Notes under the pieces: model-generated
What the model was told of the DNA's origin: nothing
Databases searched by the model: none
What the model saw: the letters and a program-made list of their open reading frames with translations, nothing else
Part shown: positions 62,440 through 64,000 of the stretch, in pieces
Layout: each line of letters starts with the position of its first letter
Numbering within the stretch: the first letter of the stretch is position 1
Position numbers and translations under genes: made by a program
NCBI GenBank assembly: GCA_013265495.1
Contig: MU058065.1
Coordinates: forward strand, 7,812,302 to 7,876,301
DNA length: 64,000 bases
Direction of reading: 5' to 3'
Source: Vicugna vicugna
Taxonomy: Eukaryota

Positions 62440-62610
62440 AAAATGCTTTGGAAACATTCACCTGCATAGTATCACCTGGAATCATCTGATGAAATGCAGA
62501 TTCTAATTCTGTAGGTTCAGGGTGGCCCCGAGATTCTGCATGTCTAAGGAGCTCCCAGGTGGCTCTGACTCTGATGGTCCAGGGACCACATTATGAGTAG
62601 TGAAGAGTTA
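62440..62610. mobile_element. MER5A-like MITE
   Basis: atcacctggaa..aaatgcagattctaattctgtaggt..gggtggcccc.agattctgcat.tctaa..agctcccaggtg..tggtccagggaccaca.t.tgagtag. Confidence 0.8.
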
Positions 62611-64000
62611 TAGAACACTTGGCTGGAAGGCTCAAACAGCAGGTCCAGCTCAGTTCTGCCCAAACTTCCACAGCAATTCATTGCTCTTCTCTGGGGCTTT
62701 CTCTAACATCTATCCCAATTCTTTAAAAAAAAAAAAAATCCTACGATTCTAAAGGATTGGATTAAATAAATGTAGCCCAGAAGCGCCCATCCCTCTGATG
62801 ACTTCTCAGGACTAGAAAGCAGTGGCATCATAGAACATGGATAGAGGATTTCTCTGCCCCTCTGAACCATGGGCAGGCCATATCATTTCAGAACATGGGG
62901 GTGGTACTTCCTAGGGATATAAAAAGAAAGAAGTGAGAGAAGGGGGGAGAAATCGCTCTGCCAACAGGGATGCCTCTCCCACCACTGCCCCCACTAGAGG
63001 CTAGAAAGAGAATCTCTGGTTTGATGACTCAATCTTTCCCCTTTTCCTTTTCTCTCTGCTCCCCTTGGCTGCAGATCCTGGGTCAGACCACAGCCCACCT
63101 GTGGCTCAAGGTGTGCATTTGGAGGAGAACAGCAGAAACAGATTCCAACTAACTTAAAAGAGGGGGAAATGGAATCTCCTGGAAGGGTGTGGCATTGCTT
63201 AGGGAATAGAAGGAAAAGCTGGACAAGTAGGCTCCGTGATGGGAGCCAGGCAGGAAGCAGGCAGGAACTCAAGGGCGCCCTCCCTGCATTGAAATGGCTC
63301 CAATTGTTTTCCATTCTTACATCACTCCCCTGAAAATTCAGGGTGCCAGAGAGAGAAAATGATGGTCAAGCTTGTGTTACAGGGGTGCAGGGTTGATCCC
63401 AGAAAGAAAATTGAGGAACTGTTACCAAGAAGGGAAGCTGCATGCCAACCAGCCAGGCACAGGGGGCAAGGAATTATGTTCCTGTGATGCAAGCAATTCC
63501 AGGGGACTTGCTCATAGGGTAAAAACTCAGCATCCTGCACACACAACAGACACTTTCTTGAATCCCTAAATGTGTGAACACCCTTATGTCTTGCAGATTT
63601 TCCTGTAAGACTGCCATCTTAGCACAAAGAACTTGCTTAGAACCTATAACATACATTTCACTTTCACTGCCAGAACCATAAGTTGGCTTCATTCTCCACT
63701 CCAATTTTTCCCCATATTGAAAGAATTAACAGCAAATGGGAGAGCAAGGAGAGAGCCAGTCCCAGAGCCACACGCAGGGCTGCTGCTGGGGTGGGGGGTG
63801 GGGTGCATAAGTTCTATTCCCCAGAGTGCACGTTTTATATTCATGGCTCAGAGAAAGTAAACACGTCTAGGATCTCCATGAAAATCAAGAGTACAGTCAT
63901 GTAAATTGTGTGAAGGAAGCCCTGGGCTCAGGGGGGACTCCATCTTCTCCTGTTTGACTCCTAAGAAGAACAATTTCCTTCTTTCCCTCCTTCCACTCCA

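Noticed and set aside
62915..62930. TATAAAAAG TATA-like motif
   Set aside because: Isolated, with no supporting downstream exon, CpG island or recognisable gene.

Overview
This is mammalian genomic DNA, almost certainly artiodactyl. The young L1 3' ends are of the cetartiodactyl type, and I saw no Bov-tA/BovB or PRE1 SINEs, which suggests a camelid (inference). The one protein-coding gene I can support is absent from the supplied ORF track: TNP1 (spermatid nuclear transition protein 1) on the + strand, two exons, CDS join(56869..57007,57218..57246), 55 aa. It has a compact CRE/GC-box/TATA-like promoter and an AATAAA at 57431. The other ~63 kb is gene-poor and repeat-rich (L1, L2, MIR, MaLR/ERVL/ERV1 solo LTRs, hAT and Tigger MITEs), consistent with the gene desert flanking TNP1 (human 2q35, between IGFBP5 and TNS1). 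I found no novel multi-gene system. The best leads are (i) three apparently paralogous ancient AT-rich non-coding elements at ~6.1, 20.4 and 24.3 kb, (ii) a sense-oriented solo LTR nested in MER20 ~0.5 kb upstream of TNP1, (iii) a perfect ERE plus duplicated DR0-like nuclear-receptor sites downstream of TNP1, and (iv) an orphan CpG/NF-Y/E-box promoter-like patch at ~27 kb. Repeat family names come from my recall of consensus sequences, and repeat boundaries are approximate.
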